This document shows positions 28,234-38,544 of a stretch of DNA of 64,000 nt, piece after piece. A model generated the notes under the pieces. That model searched no databases and had not been told where the DNA came from. It was given only the letters and a program-made list of their open reading frames with translations. Both the position numbers and the translations under genes were made by a program. The stretch's first letter is position 1. The number at the start of each line of letters is the position of its first letter. Where the stretch lies: contig CANQGD010000003.1 in assembly GCA_947601445.1 (NCBI GenBank), positions 4,050-68,049 on the forward strand, written 5' to 3'. Source of the stretch: an uncultured Clostridia bacterium (lineage in GTDB: Bacteria; Bacillota; Clostridia; Christensenellales; CAG-314).

Positions 28234-28647
28234 CTATTTCAGTGGCAAACTCATTTTCGGCATCAAATCGCGCAGAGTGTATACTTCGTAGTCGTCGTAG
28301 CTTTTTCCGAGAACGATTTCGAAATCCGCGGGACAAAACTCCGTCATAACCTGTCTGCACACGCCGCAGGGCGGACAGACGTCTCCGTCGCCGATCTTTG
28401 TGTGTACGTCGTTGCCGACTATCGCAATGGCAACAAAATCGCGCTCACCCTCGCTGACAGCCTTGAATATGGCAACGCGTTCCGCGCAGACGGTGGGAGT
28501 AAAAGTGTTGTTCTCTATGTTGCAGCCGCGGTAGATTTTTCCGCTTGCGGACAGCAGCGCCGCGCCGACAGCCCAATGCGAATAGGGACAGTAGGAGTTT
28601 TTTTGCGCTTCGTATGCTTCCTTGACCAATGCTTTGTAATCCGTCAT
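28234..28647 (-). CDS. cdd: Cytidine deaminase
   Basis: Zinc motifs CAERVAIFKAV and PCGVCRQVM. Length 137 aa. Confidence 0.9.
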   Translation of the reverse strand: MTDYKALVKEAYEAQKNSYCPYSHWAVGAALLSASGKIYRGCNIENNTFTPTVCAERVAIFKAVSEGERDFVAIAIVGNDVHTKIGDGDVCPPCGVCRQVMTEFCPADFEIVLGKSYDDYEVYTLRDLMPKMSLPLK

Positions 28648-28785
28648 TTTTCTCTCCTCTCAAAGTGGGTTTATATTATAATGTATTACTCGGCAAATGT
28701 CAATACTGTTTTTAATTGTTTTAATGCGTAAAGTTTGTTTGACGGAGATATTCTCACTTTTTTTGCGGCAAACACTTATTTTTCG

Positions 28786-28814
28786 TTGACATTTTCGTTG
28801 GCGTGTGGTAAGAT
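28786..28814 (+). promoter_or_regulatory. Sigma-A-type promoter of rpmG-secE-nusG
   Basis: TTGACA, 17 nt, TAAGAT. Confidence 0.55.
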
Positions 28815-28891
28815 ATTCTTGCACTTCTGTATGGGGTGTAATTTTTTGCGTGCGCAATTTTAGCTTTTTGCGTCACAAACAGGAGAAAACT

Positions 28892-29059
28892 ATGGCAGCG
28901 AAGAAAGGTAACAGAGTCAAAGTTGTGCTTGCCTGCACAGAGTGCAAACAACGCAATTACGACACTTTCAAAAACAGCAAAAATACAACCGACAGGCTCG
29001 AACGTAACAAATATTGCAGATTTTGCAGAAAACACACCGTTCACAGAGAAGCCAAATAA
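28892..29059 (+). CDS. rpmG: 50S ribosomal protein L33
   Basis: [55 protein letters not shown]. The in-frame ATG is preceded by AGGAGA. Confidence 0.9.
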   Translation: MAAKKGNRVKVVLACTECKQRNYDTFKNSKNTTDRLERNKYCRFCRKHTVHREAK

Positions 29060-29071
29060 GGAGGTAGGCAA

Positions 29072-29323
29072 ATGGCTGCAACAACTAAGGCAAAAAGACC
29101 CAATTTGTTCAAGCGTCTTGGCGCTTTCTTTGTAAAAAGTTGGTCCGAACTCAAAAAGGTAACATGGCCCACATTCAAAACCGTACTCAAAAATTTGGGT
29201 ATCGTGTTGCTTGTGGTGCTTGCGTTTGCCGTGATTATTTTGATTGCGGATATGATTTTTGCAAATCTGCTCATCAGCTTGCCCGGCGAAGGTCATCATT
29301 GGGTATGGCCCTGGAATAGCTAA
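29072..29323 (+). CDS. secE: Preprotein translocase subunit SecE
   Basis: Position between rpmG and nusG. Motif ELKKVTWPT followed by a single TM. Confidence 0.85.
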   Translation: MAATTKAKRPNLFKRLGAFFVKSWSELKKVTWPTFKTVLKNLGIVLLVVLAFAVIILIADMIFANLLISLPGEGHHWVWPWNS

Positions 29324-29338
29324 TTTTCGGAGAAGTAA

Positions 29339-29893
29339 ATGGCATCAAACGAGGCAAAGTGGTATATACTGCACACCTATTCCGGCTATGAAAGTTTGGT
29401 AAAAAAGTCCATCGAGCAAATGGTGGAAAACGGCAATCTCCAAGATGTAATTTTGGATACCAAAATTCCCACCGAAACGCTCATTGAGGACAGAAACGGC
29501 AAAATGAAGGCGTATGAAGCCAAAGTTATGCCGGGATATGTGTTTATCAAGCTGGTTTATTCTTCGCAGCTTTGGTTCATGCTCACCAACACTCGCGGCG
29601 TTACGGGCTTTGTGGGTCCCAACGGAAAGGCATGGCCGCTTACCGACGACGAAGTAAAGCGTTTGCGGTTGGAAGACCCCGTTGTGGATTTCACTATGAC
29701 GGTAGGCGACAACGTTACCGTCGTTGACGGACCGTTTGAAGGCTTGGTGGGCGTCATCAAGAGTATCGATTCCGCCCGTCAAAAGGCGCAAGTGGTGCTG
29801 AATATGTTCGGACGCGAAACGTCCGTGGACATGGACTTTATTCAATTGGAAAAAATCTCCAACGTTGCAACGTCCGTTGCGGATGAGGAGTAG
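29339..29893 (+). CDS. nusG: Transcription termination/antitermination factor NusG
   Basis: NGN domain (KWYILHTYSGYE) and a KOW motif (GDNVTVVDGPFEGLVGVI). Confidence 0.95.
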   Translation: MASNEAKWYILHTYSGYESLVKKSIEQMVENGNLQDVILDTKIPTETLIEDRNGKMKAYEAKVMPGYVFIKLVYSSQLWFMLTNTRGVTGFVGPNGKAWPLTDDEVKRLRLEDPVVDFTMTVGDNVTVVDGPFEGLVGVIKSIDSARQKAQVVLNMFGRETSVDMDFIQLEKISNVATSVADEE

Positions 29894-29986
29894 TTTTTTC
29901 GCGCGCACGGCGATACTGTGCGATTTTGGGAGAAGCAACGCTAAACTACACTTGTTGCTTCGTTAAACCACGATTAGGAGGTCACA

Positions 29987-30412
29987 ATGGCAAAAAAAGT
30001 AACGGCAGTTGTCAAACTGCAACTTCCTGCCGGCAAAGCGACACCGGCACCCCCGGTAGGTTCTGCGCTCGGTCCTCACGGAATCAATATTCCCGGTTTC
30101 ACCAAGGACTTCAACGCAAAGACTGCCGATAAGGCGGGACTTATCATTCCCGTTATCGTAACAATTTATCAGGATCACAGTTTCACTTTTGTACTCAAGA
30201 CCCCGCCCGCACCGGTACTCATCAAGAAAGCTTGCGGTATAGAGAGCGGCAGCGCGACGCCCAACAAAACCAAAGTTGCAAAGATCACCAAGGCTCAGAT
30301 CGAAGAAATTGCAAAGCTCAAGATGGTTGACCTCAACGCGGCAACTCTCGAAGCGGCATGCTCTATGATTGCGGGAACCGCTCGTTCTATGGGCGTGACC
30401 GTTGTTGACTAA
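29987..30412 (+). CDS. rplK: 50S ribosomal protein L11
   Basis: [35 protein letters not shown]. Confidence 0.95.
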   Translation: MAKKVTAVVKLQLPAGKATPAPPVGSALGPHGINIPGFTKDFNAKTADKAGLIIPVIVTIYQDHSFTFVLKTPPAPVLIKKACGIESGSATPNKTKVAKITKAQIEEIAKLKMVDLNAATLEAACSMIAGTARSMGVTVVD

Positions 30413-30423
30413 GGAGGCTCGCT

Positions 30424-31101
30424 ATGGGAAAAAAGTATGTTGACGCATTGAAACAAATTGACAGAAGCAAGCAATATGATTTGAACGAAGCAATTGAGCT
30501 TGCCGTAAAAGTAGCTCCCGCAAAGTTCGACGAAACTTTGGAGTTGCACGTAAAATTGGGTGTAGACCCCCGTCACGCAGATCAACAAGTCCGCGGCGTA
30601 GTGGTATTGCCCAACGGAACAGGCAAAACGGTGCGCGTTTTGGTAATCGCCAAGGGCGCCAAGGCGGATGAAGCTACCGCAGCCGGTGCTGATTTTGTCG
30701 GCGCAGAAGAGTATATAGAAAAGATTCAAAAGGAAAATTGGTTCGGCTTCGACGTTATGATCACAACTCCCGATATGATGGGACTTGTAGGTCGTATGGG
30801 TAGAGTACTCGGTCCCAAGGGATTGATGCCCAACCCCAAGAGCGGAACTGTTACAATGGACGTTGCAAAGGCAATTTCCGACGTTAAGGCAGGTAAAGTG
30901 GAATATCGCGTAGATAAACAAGCAATCTGCCACGTAATCTTCGGCAAAAAATCTTTCGGCGCGGAAAAACTTATCGAAAATGCTACCACCGTTATGGACG
31001 CCATTATCAAGGCTAAACCGGCGGCAGCCAAGGGTACCTATCTCAAATCCGTTGCGGTTGCAACCACAATGGGTCCCGGTATCAAAGTAAGCTACAAATA
31101 A
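30424..31101 (+). CDS. rplA: 50S ribosomal protein L1
   Basis: Clear L1 similarity (...[19 protein letters not shown]...) and position after rplK. Confidence 0.95.
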   Translation: MGKKYVDALKQIDRSKQYDLNEAIELAVKVAPAKFDETLELHVKLGVDPRHADQQVRGVVVLPNGTGKTVRVLVIAKGAKADEATAAGADFVGAEEYIEKIQKENWFGFDVMITTPDMMGLVGRMGRVLGPKGLMPNPKSGTVTMDVAKAISDVKAGKVEYRVDKQAICHVIFGKKSFGAEKLIENATTVMDAIIKAKPAAAKGTYLKSVAVATTMGPGIKVSYK

Positions 31102-31289
31102 GCCGAAACTAACAATCGAATACAACCCCACCGTTCCAAAGACAGCAAGTAACAGTAAATCTTGCCGAGGTACACTAAGGTTGCTAAGTCAATCACGACT
31201 CCTGCCCTTGTACCTTGCGGTGCAAGGGTTTTTGTATTCCCCATCACAAATGTCGATATGGGGTAAAGAAATTTTATAGGAGGAAAACA
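31102..31289 (+). promoter_or_regulatory. rplJ (L10) leader with an attenuator-like hairpin
   Basis: A 188-nt untranslated spacer containing ccttgc-ggt-gcaagg followed by GTTTTTG (about 31213..31233). Firmicute L10 leaders are known to regulate by attenuation. Confidence 0.45.
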
Positions 31290-31805
31290 ATGGATCACGA
31301 ACGTCATCACGGTCATCTCAGTCCCTCTCAGCAGGCGAAACACGACAAGGTTGAAGAAATAAAGCAAATTATCCAAGACAGTCATTCTTTCGTCATCGTT
31401 GATTACAAGGGATTGACGGTTGCACAAGATACCGAATTCCGTTCTGAGTTCCGCAAAAACGGCGTTGACTACCGCGTTCTCAAAAATACGCTTGTACGCA
31501 AGGCGCTGAACGAACTCGGTTACACGGAGTTTGACGAAGCATTGAACGGTCCCAGCGCATTTGCTTTCGGTACCCAAGACGCAGTTGCCCCCGCCAAAGT
31601 TGCGGCAGAAGGCGTCAAAAAGTACAACAAAATGCAAATCAAGTGCGGTATGTTCGACAAAAAGTTTGCCGACGCTGCTACTTGCGAAGCAATGAGCAAG
31701 GTTCCTGGCAGAGAAACATTGCTTGCAATGTTGGTATCTGTTTTGTCCGCTCCAATGCGCGGACTTGCGGTTGCGTTGAACGCAATTGCGGAGAAAAAGG
31801 CGTAA
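31290..31805 (+). CDS. rplJ: 50S ribosomal protein L10
   Basis: The in-frame ATG is preceded by AGGAGG. Motif VIVDYKGLTVAQDTEFRSEFRKNGVDYRVLKNTLVRKAL. Confidence 0.9.
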   Translation: MDHERHHGHLSPSQQAKHDKVEEIKQIIQDSHSFVIVDYKGLTVAQDTEFRSEFRKNGVDYRVLKNTLVRKALNELGYTEFDEALNGPSAFAFGTQDAVAPAKVAAEGVKKYNKMQIKCGMFDKKFADAATCEAMSKVPGRETLLAMLVSVLSAPMRGLAVALNAIAEKKA

Positions 31806-31878
31806 CAAGCGCCGAGGGCACGCTTTCACCTGACGAAAGCAACACATCTTATTCTAAAATTTATCAAGGAGAATTACA

Positions 31879-32250
31879 ATGGATACAAAGAAATTTATCG
31901 ACGAGATCAGCAATCTCTCTGTTTTGGAACTCAACGAACTTGTTCATGCCATCGAGGAAGCATTCGGTGTGAGCGCAGCGGCTCCCGTAGCGGTTGCAGG
32001 CGGCGCAGCGGCAGCGGCTCCCGTAGTGGAAGAAAAGACGGAATTTGACGTTGTTTTGAAGGGTATCGGCTCTGCAAACAAGATCGCCGTCATCAAGATC
32101 GTCCGCGAACTTACCGGTCTCGGACTTGTAGAGGCAAAGAACGCTGTCGAAGGCGCTCCCACAACCTTGAAAGAAGCTCAACCCAAGGACGCTGCCGAAG
32201 CTATCGTAAAGCAATTGACGGAAATCGGCGCCGAAGCGGAATTGAAATAA
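31879..32250 (+). CDS. rplL: 50S ribosomal protein L7/L12
   Basis: Ala-rich hinge and the C-terminal motif [24 protein letters not shown]. Confidence 0.95.
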   Translation: MDTKKFIDEISNLSVLELNELVHAIEEAFGVSAAAPVAVAGGAAAAAPVVEEKTEFDVVLKGIGSANKIAVIKIVRELTGLGLVEAKNAVEGAPTTLKEAQPKDAAEAIVKQLTEIGAEAELK

Positions 32251-32288
32251 TCGGCACAGCACGGATTTGTGAATTTGCAAAAAACAAA

Positions 32289-32326
32289 CACCCCGCTCTA
32301 TTTTCAGTCGAGCGGGGTGTTTTTTG
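32289..32326 (+). terminator. Rho-independent terminator after rplL
   Basis: Stem caccccgctc / gagcggggtg followed by T6. Confidence 0.85.
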
Positions 32327-32441
32327 CGACTTCATTTTTATGTTTGGATAAAAAACAGTCTCATTTTTTAACCCATCAATATTTGTATTTGGGCGTTCCG
32401 TGCGCGTGTAGTATAGTGTATACTACCAAAACGCGCGTTTA

Positions 32442-33116
32442 TTACAGCATAATTATTTTTCGTATGGCTTGTTCGCTTGCCTCGGGCAAAACGGTGCGTA
32501 AGCGGCGGACTATTCGCTCAAAACTTTCCTTCGGTTCGCGTTTGTATGCGGCGGTTATTGCGTCGTAACCGAAACGGTATTCGGGAGTGGAGTATTCCGC
32601 CACGCCCCAACCGTATATTTTACCGTTTTTGTCCGTCATATACACAAAATCGCTTATATCCACATATGTACACATTTGCAGCCGTGTAATAACCGTTTCG
32701 AATCCCTTATTGCCGCCCTTTTTGTAGTTGCAAATCTCTTTGAGACGTTTGGATAGCAATTTGCCGTTTTGCAAAATAGCAGTGTAGATTTCTTCGTCTT
32801 TGTGCGGAGCAATGCCTTCGTCCATACGGCTGTCGAAGTCGTACCCGTCGCGACGGTAGTTGGCAAAGTCGGCAAACCATTCTCTGCTTACAAAGCCCGC
32901 TTTGTTGCGAAAAAATTTGCCGTAAAGACATCCGCTGCGTATTACCGGACCTTTCCATTCCCAAGGACCGTCGGCGCTGTCGCTGAACCACAGCTCATGC
33001 GGACAATGTTCCTCTATTGAAAAACCCGCTACTTCGTTTGCGAAAAAGGGTAAAAAACCTATTTCATTTACAGTGGTGACGATAGCTTCAACGCTGTCGA
33101 GTTTGTTGAATTTCAT
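32442..33116 (-). CDS. Conserved hypothetical protein (possibly AlkZ-related or winged-helix-like)
   Basis: A 224-aa ORF from the ATG at 33116; the track start at 33125 is a TTG. Motifs GFLPFF...GFSIEE and PWEWKGP recalled from memory resemble AlkZ-related proteins. No search was possible. Confidence 0.35.
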   Translation of the reverse strand: MKFNKLDSVEAIVTTVNEIGFLPFFANEVAGFSIEEHCPHELWFSDSADGPWEWKGPVIRSGCLYGKFFRNKAGFVSREWFADFANYRRDGYDFDSRMDEGIAPHKDEEIYTAILQNGKLLSKRLKEICNYKKGGNKGFETVITRLQMCTYVDISDFVYMTDKNGKIYGWGVAEYSTPEYRFGYDAITAAYKREPKESFERIVRRLRTVLPEASEQAIRKIIML

Positions 33117-33185
33117 AATATGCAATAGTGTGCCGTATTCGGCAAAAGTGTGCGTACGGCTTTATGCGGCAGTGAAATCGCTTTT

Positions 33186-33656
33186 TCAGATAATTTCCAC
33201 AACCTCGCCTATGTACATGGTGTGCGGCGCTTCGCCTTGATAATAGCGAGCGATCGCGTCCTGCGGTATAGCGTTTAAGTCAAGATTTTGACGGTAGATT
33301 TTTTTGCATACGAGCGTGGTGTACGCCTCGCAAAAAGTCACGCCGTTTGGCAAAAAACGCGGTGTAAGTCCGCTCAAAGCCACTTTGTCGCAATCCCTGC
33401 CCGATTTAGTGCCGAGAACTCCCAATGAATGTTTGTATTTTTCATCGAAAAAGCCGACCGTAAAGTATTCGTTGTTTTCCAAAAACTCGTGCGTATAACG
33501 TATGGGTTTAACGTAGACGGTGGCAACCGGTTTACTCCACAGCGTACCCAATCCGCCCCATCCTATTGTCATTGTGTTGAATCGGTCCTTGCTTCCGGCC
33601 GTCACCAATGCCCAATCTTTGTTGAATATTTGTAGTATGTTTTCATCCAATTTCAT
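33186..33656 (-). CDS. Flavin reductase-like (FMN-binding split-barrel) protein
   Basis: Motif WALVTAGSKDRFNTMTIGWGGLGTLWSKPVATVYVKPIRYT. RBS GAGGT. Confidence 0.7.
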   Translation of the reverse strand: MKLDENILQIFNKDWALVTAGSKDRFNTMTIGWGGLGTLWSKPVATVYVKPIRYTHEFLENNEYFTVGFFDEKYKHSLGVLGTKSGRDCDKVALSGLTPRFLPNGVTFCEAYTTLVCKKIYRQNLDLNAIPQDAIARYYQGEAPHTMYIGEVVEII

Positions 33657-33817
33657 ATTTTTACCTCTTCATGTTTTATATTCCGACTTGACGTTTAACC
33701 TCGTATCGACAGCTCAAAGGCGGCGGTATGTTTGCGTAGACTTCGGCAATATTAACGCAACACGTTTTAGACACGTCTCCGCGCTCGGAAATGAGGCTTG
33801 TCAATCAACAATTCGTA

Positions 33818-35086
33818 TTACAATACGCCCAAGAAAGCGCCGACTGCCCAACCGAGCAAGGTGCCGATGGCAAGCCCCAAGGTGCCGCAAATAATGCCGG
33901 GAGCAATCAGATTTCGATCGCCGTAAGCATTTGCTACGGGTGCGATGAAGGGAGGTCCGTAAATTCCCGCCGTACTTGTTATCAAAGCGGTGCCTGCGTC
34001 AATTTTGCACAGTTTGCACAGCAACAGGTGCAGCAATATTACCGCTATCTGCGAGCAAGCAAAGAAACACAACGTGGGTAAAATTTCTTTGACAAGTTCG
34101 GATATGTCTATACTCATCGACAAACCGAGAGAAAATATCAGTATCAAATATTGTCCTATTTGGTACGAACCTTTTATCCGACGTATAGGTTTGACGAAAC
34201 TGAAAGCAACGCCCAATATCGATACGGCAAGTATGATGTACAAACTACCGTCAATATTGCCGTTGATAAGAAACTCCAACCCGACGCCTACGCCCAAACA
34301 TCCGATTGCAAGTGCAATCACTCCGATAAGTTTTCCGATGGATTTGCGATCTCTCGGTATCAAGCGGTAATTGTATTCTTCTGCGGCGTCACCTGTTTTA
34401 GAGGTTTCAACAGCGATTGTTTGCAACCTCGTATCCGCATTTTGCGTTTCGTTTACTGTTCCGCCCGAAACAACGGCATTAGCGGTCCCTACTCCGAGAA
34501 TTTTTTTGTAAACGGGTTTTATTACTGTAAGTATCAACAAAAAATATACGCCGCCCACAAAGAAATCGGAAATTTGCGCCGAAGCGATCACCGTGCCGCT
34601 TTGTTCTCCCAACAATGCCTTTGCAATGGCAATCATATTGGGTGTGCCGCCGGTATACAATCCCGCAGTCATTCCCGAAAGCACGTTCGGATTTTCCAGA
34701 CCTGCCGCTCTTGCGATGAAAAACGAAACAATCGATACGCACACGGCGGATGCTATAACAAGCGCGAAAGAAATTATTGTCTTTTTCGCAAGGTAACGTA
34801 CCCCCGTTATGTCAAAACCAAACAAAATCAACGGGATCGCGATAGCCACGAATACGCTGCTTACCGTTTCCGTCAGACCTCTGTCGTAGGGGATGGGAAT
34901 TACGGATACGATTATTCCCAACAGGTAACACAGCGCAATTGCTCCGATAAAACCCAAAAATTTCACTTTTTTCGTCAGCCATAGGATGAAAGCCGGCATT
35001 GCCGCCATAAACAGCAATGCCAACACCGTACACAGTGTATTTACCCATGGCGCAACTTGTGCGGCAAGTAATGTAATCACTTTCAA
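33818..35086 (-). CDS. DUF819-family integral membrane protein
   Basis: A 422-aa polytopic membrane protein. TTG start preceded by AAGGAG, overlapping the upstream stop codon. Confidence 0.6.
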   Translation of the reverse strand: MKVITLLAAQVAPWVNTLCTVLALLFMAAMPAFILWLTKKVKFLGFIGAIALCYLLGIIVSVIPIPYDRGLTETVSSVFVAIAIPLILFGFDITGVRYLAKKTIISFALVIASAVCVSIVSFFIARAAGLENPNVLSGMTAGLYTGGTPNMIAIAKALLGEQSGTVIASAQISDFFVGGVYFLLILTVIKPVYKKILGVGTANAVVSGGTVNETQNADTRLQTIAVETSKTGDAAEEYNYRLIPRDRKSIGKLIGVIALAIGCLGVGVGLEFLINGNIDGSLYIILAVSILGVAFSFVKPIRRIKGSYQIGQYLILIFSLGLSMSIDISELVKEILPTLCFFACSQIAVILLHLLLCKLCKIDAGTALITSTAGIYGPPFIAPVANAYGDRNLIAPGIICGTLGLAIGTLLGWAVGAFLGVL

Positions 35087-36186
35087 ATCTCCTTATAATA
35101 AATGCGGTATCTGCGTGCAAGCACGCCGCCTACGCTTTTTATAACTTCGTTGCTTGGAACATTGTTCTCCATAATCGTTCCCGCTTCCAACCGAGTAACT
35201 CCGTTTGCGGTCATGGATTCCCACAGCTTGCAATAGAGAGAAGCAATCAAACCCGTGTTTTGATATTGCGGCACGACATATTGCAGCATGGCGCGCACTC
35301 CGTGAATTTTTTTGCGCTTGCGCAGGAATATGCACAATCCGCGTGCGTTCATTTTGCCCTTCATTTCTCTGAATAACTCAAAGTAGTCCGGTAAAGCCAT
35401 CATTATACCCAACGGCTCGTCCGTTTGGTTGGAACGCGCAATGAGAATATAGTCCTTGTTGAGATAGTTTTTCCAATCCTTCACAATGGAGCGAAGCGCC
35501 TCTATCGTGGGAGCGTCCTGGTAAATTATCTGATTTGTAGCTATTTGCATTACCGTATGAAAATCGTTCAGATCGCGATCGATGCACTTCCAATCCACGA
35601 CATCCACACGAAAATCGTGTTTTTGGCGTGAGTAGTCGTCTATACGTTTTGCGCGTGTATAGTCGGCGTGGTTGATGTCTATTTTGTATTGCAATGCGTC
35701 CGTCTGTTTTACCAAACCGAAATTTGTCAGCAATTTGTCGTAGTAAGTTTTGTTGTAAGAGGTAAATATAAGCGGCGGAGCGTCGAATCCTTCCACGAGA
35801 ATGCCTCTGCGGTTGTCTTGATCGTGGGGAAAATAAGTTCCGGACAAATGCGTTGCGCCCATCTTTTTGAGTCGTGCAACGGCTTCGTTCATTATCGAAT
35901 TACACACGGATTGATCGTGTACACATTCGAACATACTGAAAAATCCGCATTTATCGGTGTCGAGCTGTTTGTTTTTCGCAACAGTACACAGCACTCTTGC
36001 AAGCACGCGGTTTTCTTCCATTGCGACAAGCGCAAAGTATGTTTTTTCCTCTAAAATCAATTTTTTAAGCGTCTTTACAAGGTCCTCTTTCATATAGGGT
36101 ACGTAATTGCGATCGCTTTGGTAAAGATCATCGGGAAAGTCTACAAATTTTTTTATAAGTTTTTTGTCTACCTGTACAATTTTCAT
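35083..36186 (-). CDS. GNAT-like N-acetyltransferase family protein
   Basis: The in-frame ATG (MKIVQVDKKLIKKFVDFPDDLYQSDRNYVPYM) is typical of a conserved clostridial acetyltransferase-like family. Confidence 0.5.
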   Translation of the reverse strand: MKIVQVDKKLIKKFVDFPDDLYQSDRNYVPYMKEDLVKTLKKLILEEKTYFALVAMEENRVLARVLCTVAKNKQLDTDKCGFFSMFECVHDQSVCNSIMNEAVARLKKMGATHLSGTYFPHDQDNRRGILVEGFDAPPLIFTSYNKTYYDKLLTNFGLVKQTDALQYKIDINHADYTRAKRIDDYSRQKHDFRVDVVDWKCIDRDLNDFHTVMQIATNQIIYQDAPTIEALRSIVKDWKNYLNKDYILIARSNQTDEPLGIMMALPDYFELFREMKGKMNARGLCIFLRKRKKIHGVRAMLQYVVPQYQNTGLIASLYCKLWESMTANGVTRLEAGTIMENNVPSNEVIKSVGGVLARRYRIYYKEI

Positions 36187-36199
36187 TCGCCACCTCAAA

Positions 36200-36406
36200 T
36201 CAATATTCGGTCAAACCCAGCAAAAAATCAACGGATACTCCGTAAAGTTTCGCAATGGCAACAAGAGTTTCCAGCGACGGTTCTCCCGTGCCGGTTTCGT
36301 AGCGCAAATAGGACTGTTGCCGAATACCTAATTTTTCCGCAACTTTACATTGTGTCATATTGTTTTCAAGTCGAAGATCTTTCAATCTTTGAGCAAAAGA
36401 TTTCAT
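36200..36406 (-). CDS. XRE-family HTH transcriptional regulator (68 aa)
   Basis: LKDLRLENNMTQCKVAEKLGIRQQSYLRYETGTGEPSLETLVAIAKLYGVSVDFLLGL. Confidence 0.85.
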   Translation of the reverse strand: MKSFAQRLKDLRLENNMTQCKVAEKLGIRQQSYLRYETGTGEPSLETLVAIAKLYGVSVDFLLGLTEY

Positions 36407-36449
36407 ATACTACCTCAACCGAAATACAGAGTGTTATGATAAAATAAAT

Positions 36450-36498
36450 TTTACAGCCTTTTGCTGTTATTGTGAGAATTTACAGCCTTTTGCTGTTA
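36450..36498. promoter_or_regulatory. Two copies of a 20-bp element containing the palindrome ACAGC-N6-GCTGT (candidate XRE operator)
   Basis: tttacagccttttgctgtta occurs at 36450..36469 and again at 36479..36498, a 29-bp period, 44-92 nt upstream of the XRE start codon. Confidence 0.55.
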
Positions 36499-36559
36499 GA
36501 AGTGTAAAAGAAAAACACTGTCGCAGACAATTGCGGCAGTGTTTGAAAAAACAGTGAAT

Positions 36560-36997
36560 TTATTCTATGATAATATTGATAGTTACGGAGATTTCCGCAT
36601 ACAGTTTAACAACGGCGGTGTAGTTTCCCGTTGTGCGGATAGGTTCTTTCAGTATAACTTGTTTTTTCTCTACGGGATAGCCCAATGCAGTCAATTCGTC
36701 GGCAATTTCTTTGTTGGTAATGCTTCCGTACATTTTACCTTGCGAACCTGTTGCCACAGTTATGCGAATCGTCTGTCCTTTTAGTCTGGCGGCGTCCTCT
36801 TGTGCTTTTTGCCGTTCTGCGGCTTTTTGTTTTTCAATTGCCTTGTTATGTATTTCAACGGAATTTATTTTGTCGGCTGTGGCAATAACGCCCAAACCTC
36901 GTTTCAGCAAAAAATTGTTGGCATATCCGTCGGATACATTGATTACATCTCCTTTTTTGCCTTGTCCTTTTACATCTGCAAGCAACAGTATTTTCAT
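36560..36997 (-). CDS. rplI: 50S ribosomal protein L9
   Basis: MKILLLADVKGQGKKGDVINVSDGYANNFLLKRGLG. Confidence 0.9.
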   Translation of the reverse strand: MKILLLADVKGQGKKGDVINVSDGYANNFLLKRGLGVIATADKINSVEIHNKAIEKQKAAERQKAQEDAARLKGQTIRITVATGSQGKMYGSITNKEIADELTALGYPVEKKQVILKEPIRTTGNYTAVVKLYAEISVTINIIIE

Positions 36998-37141
36998 TTT
37001 AATATTTTTCGTCGGTCGTAAAGACTCGACTCTCCCTGTGTATTGATTGATTTTCAGTATATCACAAAAAACGGATATTCGTCAATAAGGTGTCGTATTG
37101 TTTTGCCGACAATGGGACAAACTTAATTTGGGAGGTGAATT

Positions 37142-37291
37142 ATGCAAAATCAACAAACCATAAACTGCGACGTTTTTGCCTGCAAGTACCATGACGGTAC
37201 GCAATGTTGTTGCAAGTTGTCTCAAATCACCGTCACTCCGTCTACGGATTGTGAAACGGCTCATTATTGCGGCAACTACGAACACAAGTAA
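37142..37291 (+). CDS. DUF1540-domain small Cys-rich protein (49 aa)
   Basis: Not in the ORF track because it is under 60 aa. Hand translation: MQNQQTINCDVFACKYHDGTQCCCKLSQITVTPSTDCETAHYCGNYEHK. RBS GGAGGTG lies 5 nt upstream. Confidence 0.65.
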   Translation: MQNQQTINCDVFACKYHDGTQCCCKLSQITVTPSTDCETAHYCGNYEHK

Positions 37292-37365
37292 CGTGTATCG
37301 GCGTTAAGTATGTACGGCACGCGAAAACGTTTCTTAACCGCGCCGTTTCCGATGTATTCAATCGA

Positions 37366-37394
37366 TTGACAAATATTTCGCTAAAAGTTACAAT
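37366..37394 (+). promoter_or_regulatory. Sigma-A-type promoter of prs
   Basis: TTGACA, 17 nt, TACAAT. Confidence 0.6.
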
Positions 37395-37428
37395 AAATAT
37401 GTAATTCTTCAATGGGGAGCGGCTATTT

Positions 37429-38382
37429 ATGCTCAATCAAGTACACGGTGCTATCAAGATTTTTGCGGGTAACAGCAGCCGCAAACTTGCAAAGGAAATT
37501 TGTCAACAGCTGGACTTGGAGTTGGGCGAGTTGGACGTAGGCAAGTTTTCGGACGGAGAAACCAGCGTAAATATCAAGGAATCCGTTCGGGGATGCGACG
37601 TATTTATCGTTCAATCCACAAACACGCCCGTCAACGACAATCTTATGGAGTTGTTGTTGATATGCGACGCTTGCAAACGCGCGTCTGCGGGACGAATAAC
37701 CGCCGTAATGCCCTATTTCGGGTATGCGCGGCAGGACCGTCAGGCTCACGCAAGGGATCCGATTTCGGCAAAGGTAGTGGCGGACATCATACAGACTGCG
37801 GGAGCGAATCGCGTGCTTACAATGGATTTGCACAGCAGTCAGGTACAGGGATTTTTCAATATGCCCGTGGACAATTTGTTGGGTATGCCGGTGCTTGCCA
37901 AATATATCAAAAAAATCGGCGTTCCCGAAGACCTTATTATCGTCAGTCCCGATACGGGAAGCGTTGTTCGCTCCCGTGCGATGGCTTCGCGCTTTGATGC
38001 GCCCCTTGCCATCATCGACAAACGGCGTCCTCGCGCCAATGTGATGGAAGTGATGAACGTAATCGGCGATGTACGAGGCAAAACATGTCTGATGTTGGAC
38101 GACATGATAGACACGGGCGGCACAATATGCCAGGGTGCGGAAGCGCTTGCGGCGCACGGCGCCAAGGAAGTTATTGCATGCTGCACTCACCCCGTACTTT
38201 CCGGTCCTGCCATCGAGCGATTGGAAAAAAGCATATTAAGCAAGGTAATAGTGTTGGATACAATCGATTTGGCTCCCGAAAAACGTATCGACAAGATAGA
38301 AGTGGTTTCTATTTCGGATATTTTCGCAGAGGCTATCGAGCGCGTTTACACAGACTTGCCTATGAGTAAACTTTTTGAATAG
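37429..38382 (+). CDS. prs: Ribose-phosphate pyrophosphokinase
   Basis: Motifs IFAGNSSRKLAKEI, YFGYARQDR and the PRPP loop LMLDDMIDTGGT. Confidence 0.95.
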   Translation: MLNQVHGAIKIFAGNSSRKLAKEICQQLDLELGELDVGKFSDGETSVNIKESVRGCDVFIVQSTNTPVNDNLMELLLICDACKRASAGRITAVMPYFGYARQDRQAHARDPISAKVVADIIQTAGANRVLTMDLHSSQVQGFFNMPVDNLLGMPVLAKYIKKIGVPEDLIIVSPDTGSVVRSRAMASRFDAPLAIIDKRRPRANVMEVMNVIGDVRGKTCLMLDDMIDTGGTICQGAEALAAHGAKEVIACCTHPVLSGPAIERLEKSILSKVIVLDTIDLAPEKRIDKIEVVSISDIFAEAIERVYTDLPMSKLFE

Positions 38383-38544
38383 CTTATTTGAAAAATCTTT
38401 TTCAACGTGTGCGGTAATCGATCGGTCAACCTTCAAACGAAGGTTGACTTTTTCTTTGCTGTTTTTTCGGCGTATTTCGACGTGTTTTTTGTTTTTTGCG
38501 GTATGGAAACGAACGCAGCCGTCAACACTGTCAGCGGTGGAACC

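Noticed and set aside
29894-29986. An L1-binding autoregulatory leader upstream of rplK.
   Set aside because: A hairpin (gaagcaac...gttgcttc) with a preceding GGGAG is present, but I cannot verify the L1 recognition motif by eye.
38407-38544. An N-terminal extension of the ORF at 38407 (46 extra residues).
   Set aside because: It has a non-ATG start, and the extension is Phe-rich translation of an AT/T-rich spacer. An internal ATG at 38545 yields a normal signal or anchor sequence.
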